From Idiomarina loihiensis L2TR (lineage in GTDB: Bacteria > Pseudomonadota > Gammaproteobacteria > Enterobacterales > Alteromonadaceae), in NCBI RefSeq assembly GCF_000008465.1, contig NC_006512.1:210001-242000 (forward strand): a stretch of DNA of 32,000 bases, in the 5' to 3' direction. Both the position numbers and the translations under genes were made by a program. The notes under the pieces were generated by a model. That model saw only the letters and a program-made list of their open reading frames with translations. It ran no database searches and was not told where the DNA came from. Shown in pieces: positions 14,918-22,913 of this stretch (within the stretch, counting starts at the first letter, position 1; every line of letters begins with the position of its first letter).

Positions 14918-17514
14918 CAGACCGTACGCATAGCGAGGAACAGCTTCAGAATATAAAAACTGAAAATGAACGCTTGCACAAAGTCATCGCCCGACTAAAG
15001 GGGTTGACCCAAAAGTATCGGTCTGCTGAAGTCGTACAAAAAGCGCTGTTCCGAATATCGGAACTGGCGGCTTCTGCGCGCGAAATGGACAACTTTTATC
15101 AGTCTCTGCACGAAATTATCGGCGAGCTGATGTACGCCCGTAATTTTTATATTTGCCTTTACGAACCTCAGGAAGAGCTGGTCGATTTTGTTTATTTTGT
15201 CGATGAAATTGATCAGGACACCTTATTTGAACGCATTCCTATAGAGCAATTGAAGAAAGGCTTAACGGGTTATGTTTTGCGAAAAGGCCAGTCTTTGCTT
15301 TGCCCGCCGGAAGTGTACCAACGCTTAATTGATAACGCCGAAATAGAAGGCTTAGGGGCAGAACATCAGGACTGGTTAGGTGTTCCGTTAAAACGTGGTG
15401 ACGTGACCATAGGTGTTATGGTGGTGCAGAGCTACAGCGCTGACGTTCGTTATGACGCCTCAGATGAAGATTTGCTTACCTTTGTATCGCAACACGTGGT
15501 GAATGCCTTAGAGCGTTTAAAGCAGCGCGACTTAATGCAAAGCGAAATAGAGCACCAGACAGCTGAACTACGCCATGCGAATGAAAGCTTAATGAGCGAA
15601 ATTACCATTCGTGAAAGGGCTGAGCAGCAAACCTCGGTGCTCTTTGCTATTTCCGAACTGACCAATACCTCTGACGATATGAACGCCTTTTATCGTCAGT
15701 TGCACAGGCAAATTGGCAAATTGATTCATGCCGACAACTTCTTTGTCGCGCTTTTATCAGACGATAAAAAGTTTATACATTTTCCCTACCATGTGGATGA
15801 AACAGGCGCTAAAGCTGAATGCCGACGAGCCGGCAAAGGTTTAACCGAATACGTTATTAAAATGCGTGAACCGGCCTTTATCGACGCTCCTGTACGTCAA
15901 AAACTGCTGAAGAAAAACGAGATTGAGCTGGGCTACGGTGGCATGAAACTGGCTAAGCAATGGCTAGGTAGCCCCTTAATGATGAACGGGCAGGTGTTTG
16001 GGGTTATTGCGGTCCAGACCTACGACGGTGACTTCTTATACCATAGTGATGATTTAGAACTACTGAATTTTGTTTCGCAACACGTTGCCGTGGCCATTGA
16101 CAGAAAACGCTCAGCGGAAGAAATTCAGCGAGTAAACCAGTTCCTTGAAAAGAAAGTGGCGGAGCGTACCGAAGAGCTGGTGTCCGAAATAGAACGACGG
16201 AAAAAGACCGAATCCAGCTTATTCCACGCAGCGCACCACGATAACCTGACCGGCTTACCTAACCGCATATTGTTCAATGAACGTTTGCAGCAGGCCGTGG
16301 CGCATAAACGACGGCACCCTGAGCACCATTTTGCGGTGCTATTTGTTGACCTGGACCGCTTTAAAAATATAAACGACACGCTTGGACATTCTGCTGGCGA
16401 TGAGTTCTTGCTGGAAGTCAGCAAGCGTATTGGTGACTGCGTACGTGACAACGATATGGTGGCGCGCTTAGGTGGCGATGAATTCGTTATTCTGCTGGAT
16501 ACCATTACCAGTATTGATGATGCCAAAGACGTTGCCAAGCGTATGATCCAGCAAATGAGTGAGCCTTTTCACCTGAACGGACAAGAGCATTACTCCGGCG
16601 CCAGTATCGGTATTGCCGAGTGTCTGGAAGAGACCGATTCGGCTGAACGGCTGTTACGCGACGCAGATGCCGCCATGTATCAGGCTAAAGGTATGGGGCG
16701 TGGACGCTATGTATTATTTGATGACAGCATGCATGAAAATTTGGTGGACAGTGTTCGTAAAGAAACGGCACTGCGCCATGCGAAAGTTGAGAAAGATTTC
16801 GCTGTCAGTTTTCAGCCAATAGTGAATTTAACAACAGGCGAGGTCAAAGCCGTAGAAGCTAAATTGGTGTGGGAAGACCCGCGCTACAGCTTTAAAAGTG
16901 AAGAGTTGTTACCTCTGGCCGAGCGCACCGGCCTTATTGTGAAGCTTGACCGCTTTGCTTTACGGGCAGCCAGCCAGTGGCTTGTTGAAAATAGTGTCAG
17001 TGCTGAAACTATGCTGCACCTGAATTTATCTGTGCGGCATTTATTGAAAACCAGTCACTTGAATGAGCTGGTGAATATCGTGACTGAAAGCGGTGTTAAA
17101 CCAGAGAACATCGCACTGGAATTTGATGAAACTGATCTGGTCAGAGACGGCCGCCGGGTACTGGCCAGTTTAAGGCGGCTTTCCGAATTTGGCTTTAAGC
17201 TGGTTATAGACAACTTTGGCAGTGGCTCCGGGCCGCTTCAGTTCTTGTATAACTTTCCGTTTACCATACTTAAGCTGGACCACCATTATATTGCTCGTTT
17301 GAGCAGCAATAACAGGGCGCAGGCCATGTTAAAGCACATTGTGACCTTGTGTCATGAGCTCGATATTGCTGTTTATGCCGATGGACTGGAAACCGAAACG
17401 CAAAAAAATGATGTGGAAAAGCAAGGTGTTATGATGGGGCAGGGCAGCTTCATTGACGAAAACTATGAAGGCACTGTAGCCAAAGACGACGACACCTCTT
17501 TCGTATCCGCTTAG
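14914..17514 (+). CDS. c-di-GMP signalling protein: coiled-coil, GAF, GAF, GGDEF, then EAL (the latter apparently degenerate)
   Basis: 'RLGGDEFVILL' with I-site 'RDND' five residues upstream. The EAL-domain scaffold is present ('FQPIV', 'NLS', 'EFDE', 'DNFGSG', 'KLD', 'ADGLET', 'GQG'). Confidence 0.85.
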   Translation: MTDRTHSEEQLQNIKTENERLHKVIARLKGLTQKYRSAEVVQKALFRISELAASAREMDNFYQSLHEIIGELMYARNFYICLYEPQEELVDFVYFVDEIDQDTLFERIPIEQLKKGLTGYVLRKGQSLLCPPEVYQRLIDNAEIEGLGAEHQDWLGVPLKRGDVTIGVMVVQSYSADVRYDASDEDLLTFVSQHVVNALERLKQRDLMQSEIEHQTAELRHANESLMSEITIRERAEQQTSVLFAISELTNTSDDMNAFYRQLHRQIGKLIHADNFFVALLSDDKKFIHFPYHVDETGAKAECRRAGKGLTEYVIKMREPAFIDAPVRQKLLKKNEIELGYGGMKLAKQWLGSPLMMNGQVFGVIAVQTYDGDFLYHSDDLELLNFVSQHVAVAIDRKRSAEEIQRVNQFLEKKVAERTEELVSEIERRKKTESSLFHAAHHDNLTGLPNRILFNERLQQAVAHKRRHPEHHFAVLFVDLDRFKNINDTLGHSAGDEFLLEVSKRIGDCVRDNDMVARLGGDEFVILLDTITSIDDAKDVAKRMIQQMSEPFHLNGQEHYSGASIGIAECLEETDSAERLLRDADAAMYQAKGMGRGRYVLFDDSMHENLVDSVRKETALRHAKVEKDFAVSFQPIVNLTTGEVKAVEAKLVWEDPRYSFKSEELLPLAERTGLIVKLDRFALRAASQWLVENSVSAETMLHLNLSVRHLLKTSHLNELVNIVTESGVKPENIALEFDETDLVRDGRRVLASLRRLSEFGFKLVIDNFGSGSGPLQFLYNFPFTILKLDHHYIARLSSNNRAQAMLKHIVTLCHELDIAVYADGLETETQKNDVEKQGVMMGQGSFIDENYEGTVAKDDDTSFVSA

Positions 17515-17521
17515 TTTGGCA

Positions 17522-19531
17522 CTACTTTTTCAGTGCGTTTTTCAACATTTCCAAACCCTGACTTCGTTGCTCTTCACGTTCCTCGTCGGACTTTTGCTTG
17601 CGGTGTTCCCATTCTAAATCGTCCTGCGGTAACTCCAGCAAAAAGCGGCTGGGTTGTGGCTCCGTTTTTTCGCCAAACTGACGGCGCTCTTTAGCCATAG
17701 TAAAGACTAACTTATGTTGGGCGCGGGTAATGCCGACGTAAGCCAGGCGGCGTTCCTCTTCAATGTTATTTTCATCAATACTGCTTTGGTGAGGAAGCAG
17801 GCCTTCTTCCATACCCACTAAAAACACTTGTGGAAACTCCAGACCTTTGGAAGCATGCAAGGTCATTAGCTGCACCTGTTCAAACTGCTCGTCGTCTTCG
17901 TTACGGGACATCATATCGCGCAGTGACAAGCGGCTGACCACCTGATTCAATTCCATGGGTTCATGTTCGGCGTCGCCTTTTAGCATGTCCGATACCCAGC
18001 GGTGCAGTTCGTACACGTTTTTAATCCGCATTTCGGCGGCTTTCGCGCTGGGGCTTTGCTCAAACAACCAGTCTTCGTAGCCAATTTCGCTTAGCAGTTG
18101 TTTTACTGCGTCACTGGCGTCTTCCTGATGATCGGCTCGGCGGGCCAGGGTATCTATCATGTTGCGGAACACGTCCACATGCTGAAACACACCGGTGCTA
18201 AGCTGCGTTTTTAAATGGGGCGACTGACAGGCTTCAAATAAGCTGCAACCTAACTCCTGCGACAAGCGGCCAATACGCTCAACGGTCTGCGGGCCAATGC
18301 CGCGCCGCGGGGTATTAATAATGCGCAGAAAGGCGGTGTCGTCGGTAGGGTTCACCAGCAACCGCAGATACGCCATAATGTCTTTGACTTCCGCGCGGGC
18401 AAAGAACGACTGACCACCGGTAATTTTATAAGGGATGCGGTTGTTCATCAGCGCTTTTTCAAACAAGCGCGACTGGTGATTACCCCGGTATAAAATAGCA
18501 AAGTGATGATACGGCGTTTTGCGAAGGAACCGTTGTTTTACAATTTCGGCAACCACACGCTCTGCTTCATGCTCTTCGTTACGACCAAAAATAACGCTTA
18601 TCGGCTCGCCGTACTGCATTTCTGAGAACAGCTTTTTCTCAAATACGTGTGGGTTGTTCTCAATGAGAATATTGGCGGCTTTCAGAATACGCCCGTGCGA
18701 CCTGTAATTTTGCTCCAGCTTAACCACGTCCAGCTGTGGGAAGTCCTGCTTCAACAAGGCCAGGTTTTTAGGCTGCGCACCACGCCATGAATAAATGGAC
18801 TGATCGTCGTCGCCCACCACGGTAAAGCGAGCGCGTTCGCCCACCAGTAACTTGACCAGTTGGTACTGGCTGGTGTTGGTGTCCTGATATTCGTCCACCA
18901 ATAAATACTGAAACTTTTTCTGCCAGCGTGCGCGGGCGTTTTCGTTGGTCGCCAGTAACTGCGTCGGCAGGCGGATCAAGTCATCAAAGTCCACGGCATT
19001 ACAGGCACTCAGGTTGTTTTGGTATTGCTGATAGACCTGCGCGAAGGCCTTTTCCTGATCGTTCGACGCCTTTTGTAGAGCCAGCTCCGGCGACAGCATG
19101 GCGTTTTTCCAGTGGCCTATCTGGTGCTGACAGGCTTGAATCAGCGCTTTGTCGCCCTCAAATACCTCTTCAGTCAGGGCGTTAAGCAGGGCGTAGGTGT
19201 CCTGGTCGTCAAATAATGAAAAGCCGGGCTTAAACCCCAGAGTGCTGAGTTCCCGACGAATAATATTCAAGCCCAAAGTATGAAAAGTGCACACGGTTAA
19301 ACCGCGCAGCTGCGCTTTCGGTAAGGTTTGCGCAATACGCTCTTTCATCTCTTTGGCGGCTTTATTGGTAAAAGTTACTGCACCAATTTGCCGGGCGGTG
19401 TAAATTTGCTGGCGGATCAGGTAAGCAATTTTCTCCGTTATTACCCGGGTTTTGCCACTACCAGCGCCGGCAAGCACCAATAAAGGGCCCTGGATGTAAT
19501 GTACAGCCTGGTTCTGGCGATCGTTCAGCAT
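17522..19531 (-). CDS. rep: ATP-dependent DNA helicase Rep (UvrD/Rep SF1)
   Basis: 'MLNDRQNQAVHYIQGPLLVLAGAGSGKTRV', 'LLVDEYQDTN' and 'TLHASKGLEF'. At 669 aa it is close to the length of E. coli Rep. Confidence 0.85.
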   Translation of the reverse strand: MLNDRQNQAVHYIQGPLLVLAGAGSGKTRVITEKIAYLIRQQIYTARQIGAVTFTNKAAKEMKERIAQTLPKAQLRGLTVCTFHTLGLNIIRRELSTLGFKPGFSLFDDQDTYALLNALTEEVFEGDKALIQACQHQIGHWKNAMLSPELALQKASNDQEKAFAQVYQQYQNNLSACNAVDFDDLIRLPTQLLATNENARARWQKKFQYLLVDEYQDTNTSQYQLVKLLVGERARFTVVGDDDQSIYSWRGAQPKNLALLKQDFPQLDVVKLEQNYRSHGRILKAANILIENNPHVFEKKLFSEMQYGEPISVIFGRNEEHEAERVVAEIVKQRFLRKTPYHHFAILYRGNHQSRLFEKALMNNRIPYKITGGQSFFARAEVKDIMAYLRLLVNPTDDTAFLRIINTPRRGIGPQTVERIGRLSQELGCSLFEACQSPHLKTQLSTGVFQHVDVFRNMIDTLARRADHQEDASDAVKQLLSEIGYEDWLFEQSPSAKAAEMRIKNVYELHRWVSDMLKGDAEHEPMELNQVVSRLSLRDMMSRNEDDEQFEQVQLMTLHASKGLEFPQVFLVGMEEGLLPHQSSIDENNIEEERRLAYVGITRAQHKLVFTMAKERRQFGEKTEPQPSRFLLELPQDDLEWEHRKQKSDEEREEQRSQGLEMLKNALKK

Positions 19532-19641
19532 GGGCGCCGCGGAGTTCCTGATTCGTGAAAAAGCTGATAAGAAGCTCGGATTTTACCTGAATCTCCTGCT
19601 AAGCTAAACGCATAAGCAACGATTTACACAAAGAGAGACTT

Positions 19642-19887
19642 ATGGACAACAAAACAATAGAGAATATTGCTCGCCAAATTAACGACAGCATGCCTGCCGG
19701 CGTGAAAGAACTGGCCGGAAACATGGAACAGCGGGTTAAGCAAACACTGCAATCACAGCTGTCAAAACTCGACTTAGTCACCCGCGAAGAACTGGACGTG
19801 CAGCAGCAAATGTTACTGCGTTTGCGCGAGCGCGTTGAACTGTTAGAAAAAGAGCTGGAAGCGACCAAGAACCAGAACAAGGACTAA
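19642..19887 (+). CDS. ubiK: UbiK/YqiC (BMFP) ubiquinone biosynthesis accessory factor
   Basis: 81-aa coiled-coil protein; 'KLDLVTREELDVQQQMLLRLRERVELLEKEL' is typical of YqiC. Confidence 0.7.
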   Translation: MDNKTIENIARQINDSMPAGVKELAGNMEQRVKQTLQSQLSKLDLVTREELDVQQQMLLRLRERVELLEKELEATKNQNKD

Positions 19888-19896
19888 GTCAGCCGT

Positions 19897-20637
19897 ATGA
19901 TCCAATGGATTAGTGGAAAAGTTGTCGAGAATTACCGTTGGAGTTCTGGCGTTTTCAGTTTAAGAGTTGTGGCTGAGCCGTTTGATTTTAAGGCTGGACA
20001 GTTTGTGCGTTTGGGTTTGAATATTGGTGGTGAACAGTTGTTGCGCGCCTATTCACTAGCCAGCGCTCCGGACGAAGCCATACTGGACTTTGTGATTGCT
20101 GAAGTGGAAGATGGCGAGGTCAGTACCAAGTTAGCTCAGTTACAGCCGGGTGACAGCGTGTACATAACTCAGCCCGCAGGTGGCTTTTTCACGCTGGATG
20201 AAGTGCCGGACGGCGACAGCTTGTGGATGCTTTCTACCGGAACCGGCATTGGTCCGTTCATTTCTATGCTAAGAACCGAAAAGCCGTGGGAACGATTTAA
20301 ACGGATTAATCTGGTGCACGGTGTACGCGTGGCAGAAGACCTGGTTTATCAGGGGCAAATAGAGCAGTGGCAACAAGAATACCCCGGGCAGTTAGGCTAT
20401 CAACCGGTGATTACCCGTGAAAACATTCCCGGAGCTCTCTCTGCGCGCATTCCTGAACTGATCAACTCAGGACAGTTAAGCAACGCACTTGAAACGCCGT
20501 TAGACACTAGCGCGCAAGTCATGCTTTGTGGTAACCCCGACATGATAAAAGAGTCACGCGCTGCGCTTGCGGAATTAGGGCTTGCCAAAAACACCCGCCG
20601 TAAGCCTGGTAATGTGACCTCTGAAAATTACTGGTAA
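19897..20637 (+). CDS. fpr: Ferredoxin/flavodoxin-NADP+ reductase
   Basis: FAD motif 'LRAYSL', NADP motif 'LSTGTGIGPF', 'LCGNPDMI', and a C-terminal '...ENYW' like E. coli Fpr. Confidence 0.85.
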   Translation: MIQWISGKVVENYRWSSGVFSLRVVAEPFDFKAGQFVRLGLNIGGEQLLRAYSLASAPDEAILDFVIAEVEDGEVSTKLAQLQPGDSVYITQPAGGFFTLDEVPDGDSLWMLSTGTGIGPFISMLRTEKPWERFKRINLVHGVRVAEDLVYQGQIEQWQQEYPGQLGYQPVITRENIPGALSARIPELINSGQLSNALETPLDTSAQVMLCGNPDMIKESRAALAELGLAKNTRRKPGNVTSENYW

Positions 20638-20704
20638 TTTTACTTTCGAATATTAAAGTTGCCCAATAATTCGCCGATATAAAGGGTTAACACAGGAGGT
20701 GTTT

Positions 20705-21271
20705 ATGAAACCTTTAACCATCAGTGATTTCTCGTTCACCATAAAAAAACCATCATCGACAGTGGTAGCCGAGCCCACAGAAAAGCCGAAAGTAAACGAG
20801 ACTAAGCCTCCGGAGCCTGCGATTGATACCTCAAAGCTTACCGATGAGCAGGCGGAGAAGTTCAAAGGACTGTTGTCGGTTGATCCCGAAAATGCCAAAG
20901 ACATAACCGTTGAAGAATATATTGCTCTGGCTGAGAGCGTAATGACGTTTAAAGAAGAGACGATAGAAGGTTATTCTCGTGTTGATGATCCATTAAGCCT
21001 TTCTGCAGGTGTACTAAAAGTACGTTTACTGTTCCCTGAAAAGGGAGATATATCAGATAGAAAAGTAGCTAATGTGTTTGAAAATAGCCAAGAATGGGCA
21101 AATCGACAATATGCGGAACACTCAAGCTATTCAGACGCTGTAAGGATAGCGGATAAGAATTTAGATACGATGACTGAGTTTCTTATGGGGGAGAATATAA
21201 GGAATCTTCAGGCTCAGGCTTTAGAATTACTACCTGAAGAAGGAGGCTTTATTATTGACGAACATGCGTGA
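20705..21271 (+). CDS. Orphan hypothetical protein (188 aa) with no recognisable domain and an acidic, Pro/Lys/Glu-rich N-terminal third
   Basis: Good SD (AGGAGG, 6 nt before ATG 20705). AT-rich relative to neighbours. No signal peptide or TM segment. Confidence 0.5.
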   Translation: MKPLTISDFSFTIKKPSSTVVAEPTEKPKVNETKPPEPAIDTSKLTDEQAEKFKGLLSVDPENAKDITVEEYIALAESVMTFKEETIEGYSRVDDPLSLSAGVLKVRLLFPEKGDISDRKVANVFENSQEWANRQYAEHSSYSDAVRIADKNLDTMTEFLMGENIRNLQAQALELLPEEGGFIIDEHA

Positions 21272-21320
21272 GTTTTATCAATCAATAGATAAAGAGGCTC
21301 TTTCTGAGCCCCTTGAAACG

Positions 21321-21366
21321 TGACCTGTCAATCTGATTAAGGATGAGTCAGGTTATTGTTTTTTTA
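21321..21366 (+). terminator. Possible intrinsic terminator of the orphan gene
   Basis: TGACCTG ... CAGGTTA stem (7 bp, one G-U pair) with a long, partly paired loop, followed by a TTGTTTTTTT run. Confidence 0.35.
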
Positions 21367-21373
21367 AATGATG

Positions 21374-21568
21374 CTAACGAGTATAGCCGTATTCATATTC
21401 AAAGGAACCGGAGCCATCACCACCACCTAGATTTTCTACAGCCCAATAATAAGTCCCCGCCGGCGGATAACCGGTCGTTCCGTAAAGCCCGCTCGACTCT
21501 TCACTTCCATCAGAACCATTTATTAAATACACTCGGAAGTCTGCTCCGGCAACGTTAACTTCAGATGG
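21374..21568 (-). pseudogene. Possible gene remnant: a 64-codon open frame without ATG, Gly/Tyr-rich
   Basis: The minus-strand frame reads PSEVNVAGADFRVYLINGSDGSEESSGLYGTTGYPPAGTYYWAVENLGGGDGSGSFEYEYGYTR*. The only candidate start is an SD-less GTG (52 aa). It is reminiscent of the C-terminal half of a PPC/beta-sandwich domain. Confidence 0.2.
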
Positions 21569-21621
21569 TTAACCCTTTCTCCTTGAGGTTTCACACTAGG
21601 CTAGTGATAAAACGACACTGA

Positions 21622-22353
21622 TTAATTCAGATTGAACTGTGTTGTCGCTATTTCTTCCAGCTTGTCATAAGGGATGTAACCAGGCATTACCTGCTGACCA
21701 ATGATAATAGTCGGTGTGCCGCGAAAGCCTAAATCGCGAAACGCCGACATATTTTTGCGGATAACCGCCTCGCTCTCGCCGGACGGTGACAAAAAGGCCT
21801 CGGTACTCGTGACTTGCGCAACACTTTGCAGTGAATCAGCGGTGTGCATGCCCGACTTTTTCATCATTAAGTTGTGAGCTTCAAAGAATGCCTTAGGGTC
21901 ATTGCGCCAAAGGTTTAGCCCATAAAGAGCTGAGTTGGTTTTGAGCCCATCAACCTGCTGTTGGCGCAATGGCACAAAAATGTTCACAACCTGAATAGAC
22001 GGGTATTCCTCAATCAGTTTATGAAGGCCAGGCTCTAACTTCTTGCAAAACGGACAGTTGTAGTCGGTAAACACAATGATTTTATGTGGCGCGTCTTGGT
22101 CACCTAAAATTGGATGTGCCGCCGACTGATACAGCCATTCCTGATGGTTAGCAAAGGCGTTTTTCTGCTCACTTTGCTGTTCTAAAAAGCGCTGTAAGCC
22201 TCGGTGAATGTTTGGAATAAGCTCCGGATTTTCACGTAACAGCTGTTCTACTTTCTCTAAATCTTCTTCTTGTTGTGGGTTTAAATCTTGCGAAAATACG
22301 TTGCTGCTAAAGATAAAAGCAACAACGAAAAACGTTTTATAGATAAAATTCAT
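21622..22353 (-). CDS. Periplasmic DsbA/ScsC-like thiol:disulfide oxidoreductase
   Basis: Signal peptide, thioredoxin-fold active site 'DYNCPFCKKLEP', cis-Pro loop 'RGTPTIIIG'. Last gene of the Scs-like cluster. Confidence 0.75.
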   Translation of the reverse strand: MNFIYKTFFVVAFIFSSNVFSQDLNPQQEEDLEKVEQLLRENPELIPNIHRGLQRFLEQQSEQKNAFANHQEWLYQSAAHPILGDQDAPHKIIVFTDYNCPFCKKLEPGLHKLIEEYPSIQVVNIFVPLRQQQVDGLKTNSALYGLNLWRNDPKAFFEAHNLMMKKSGMHTADSLQSVAQVTSTEAFLSPSGESEAVIRKNMSAFRDLGFRGTPTIIIGQQVMPGYIPYDKLEEIATTQFNLN

Positions 22354-22382
22354 ACAACTTTCCTACTTAAAAATGAGTTACT

Positions 22383-22913
22383 TCAAAAAAACTGGTGAAA
22401 CCAAAGACGAATAAACAAACCGGGAGGTGTTGTGACTCCGGTTGTCGCCGAAACAATGTCACCGTTTTCAATAATGATGATGGTTGGCGTGGCAGATACC
22501 TGCCAGCCATTTGAGACGCGGTTGAGGTTGTCGTTAACAATAGGGAACTCATACCCTTTCGCCTGCGCGTAGCGCGTCAGCTTGTGGTTGTCGCCAGAGC
22601 GCAGTGCCACGCTAATGGTCGGGTAGTGGTTGCCAACGTAATCAACCGTAGGCGATACCGCCGGGCAAACAGGGCACCAGGTTGCCCAGAAATACAGCAC
22701 AACCGGGCTGACCTTACTCATCTCGCGTAAGTTATATTGCTCGCCGTTTATGTCCGTTAGTGACGACAGCTCCGGCGGAACAGACTCCGGCACGTCACTA
22801 TTACGAAAGGCATCGACTACGAAAGCGACGACCGAGAACAGCACAATATAAAGCGCTGCGGTTCGTAGCCGCTTTGCCCATGACGGCTTCACTTTGCTAT
22901 TGCTCACGAGCAT
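22383..22913 (-). CDS. Membrane-anchored TlpA/ScsD-like thioredoxin-fold protein
   Basis: N-terminal TM anchor and the 'FWATWCPVCP' active site. Overlaps the upstream gene by 17 nt (alternative GTG start at 22907). Confidence 0.75.
   Translation of the reverse strand: MLVSNSKVKPSWAKRLRTAALYIVLFSVVAFVVDAFRNSDVPESVPPELSSLTDINGEQYNLREMSKVSPVVLYFWATWCPVCPAVSPTVDYVGNHYPTISVALRSGDNHKLTRYAQAKGYEFPIVNDNLNRVSNGWQVSATPTIIIIENGDIVSATTGVTTPPGLFIRLWFHQFF

Noticed and set aside
21343-21558. 71-aa plus-strand ORF (MSQVIVFLNDANEY...HHHH...) in the orphan islet.
   Set aside because: The ATG is directly fused to its only SD-like sequence (AAGGATG). The product is low-complexity and basic, and it is the antisense of the Gly/Tyr-rich frame. 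There is no support for either as a functional gene, so I reported only the region.
22367-22552. 61-aa minus-strand ORF overlapping the 3' part of the ScsD-like gene in another frame.
   Set aside because: It lies entirely inside a gene with a clear thioredoxin-fold motif and has no independent signals.
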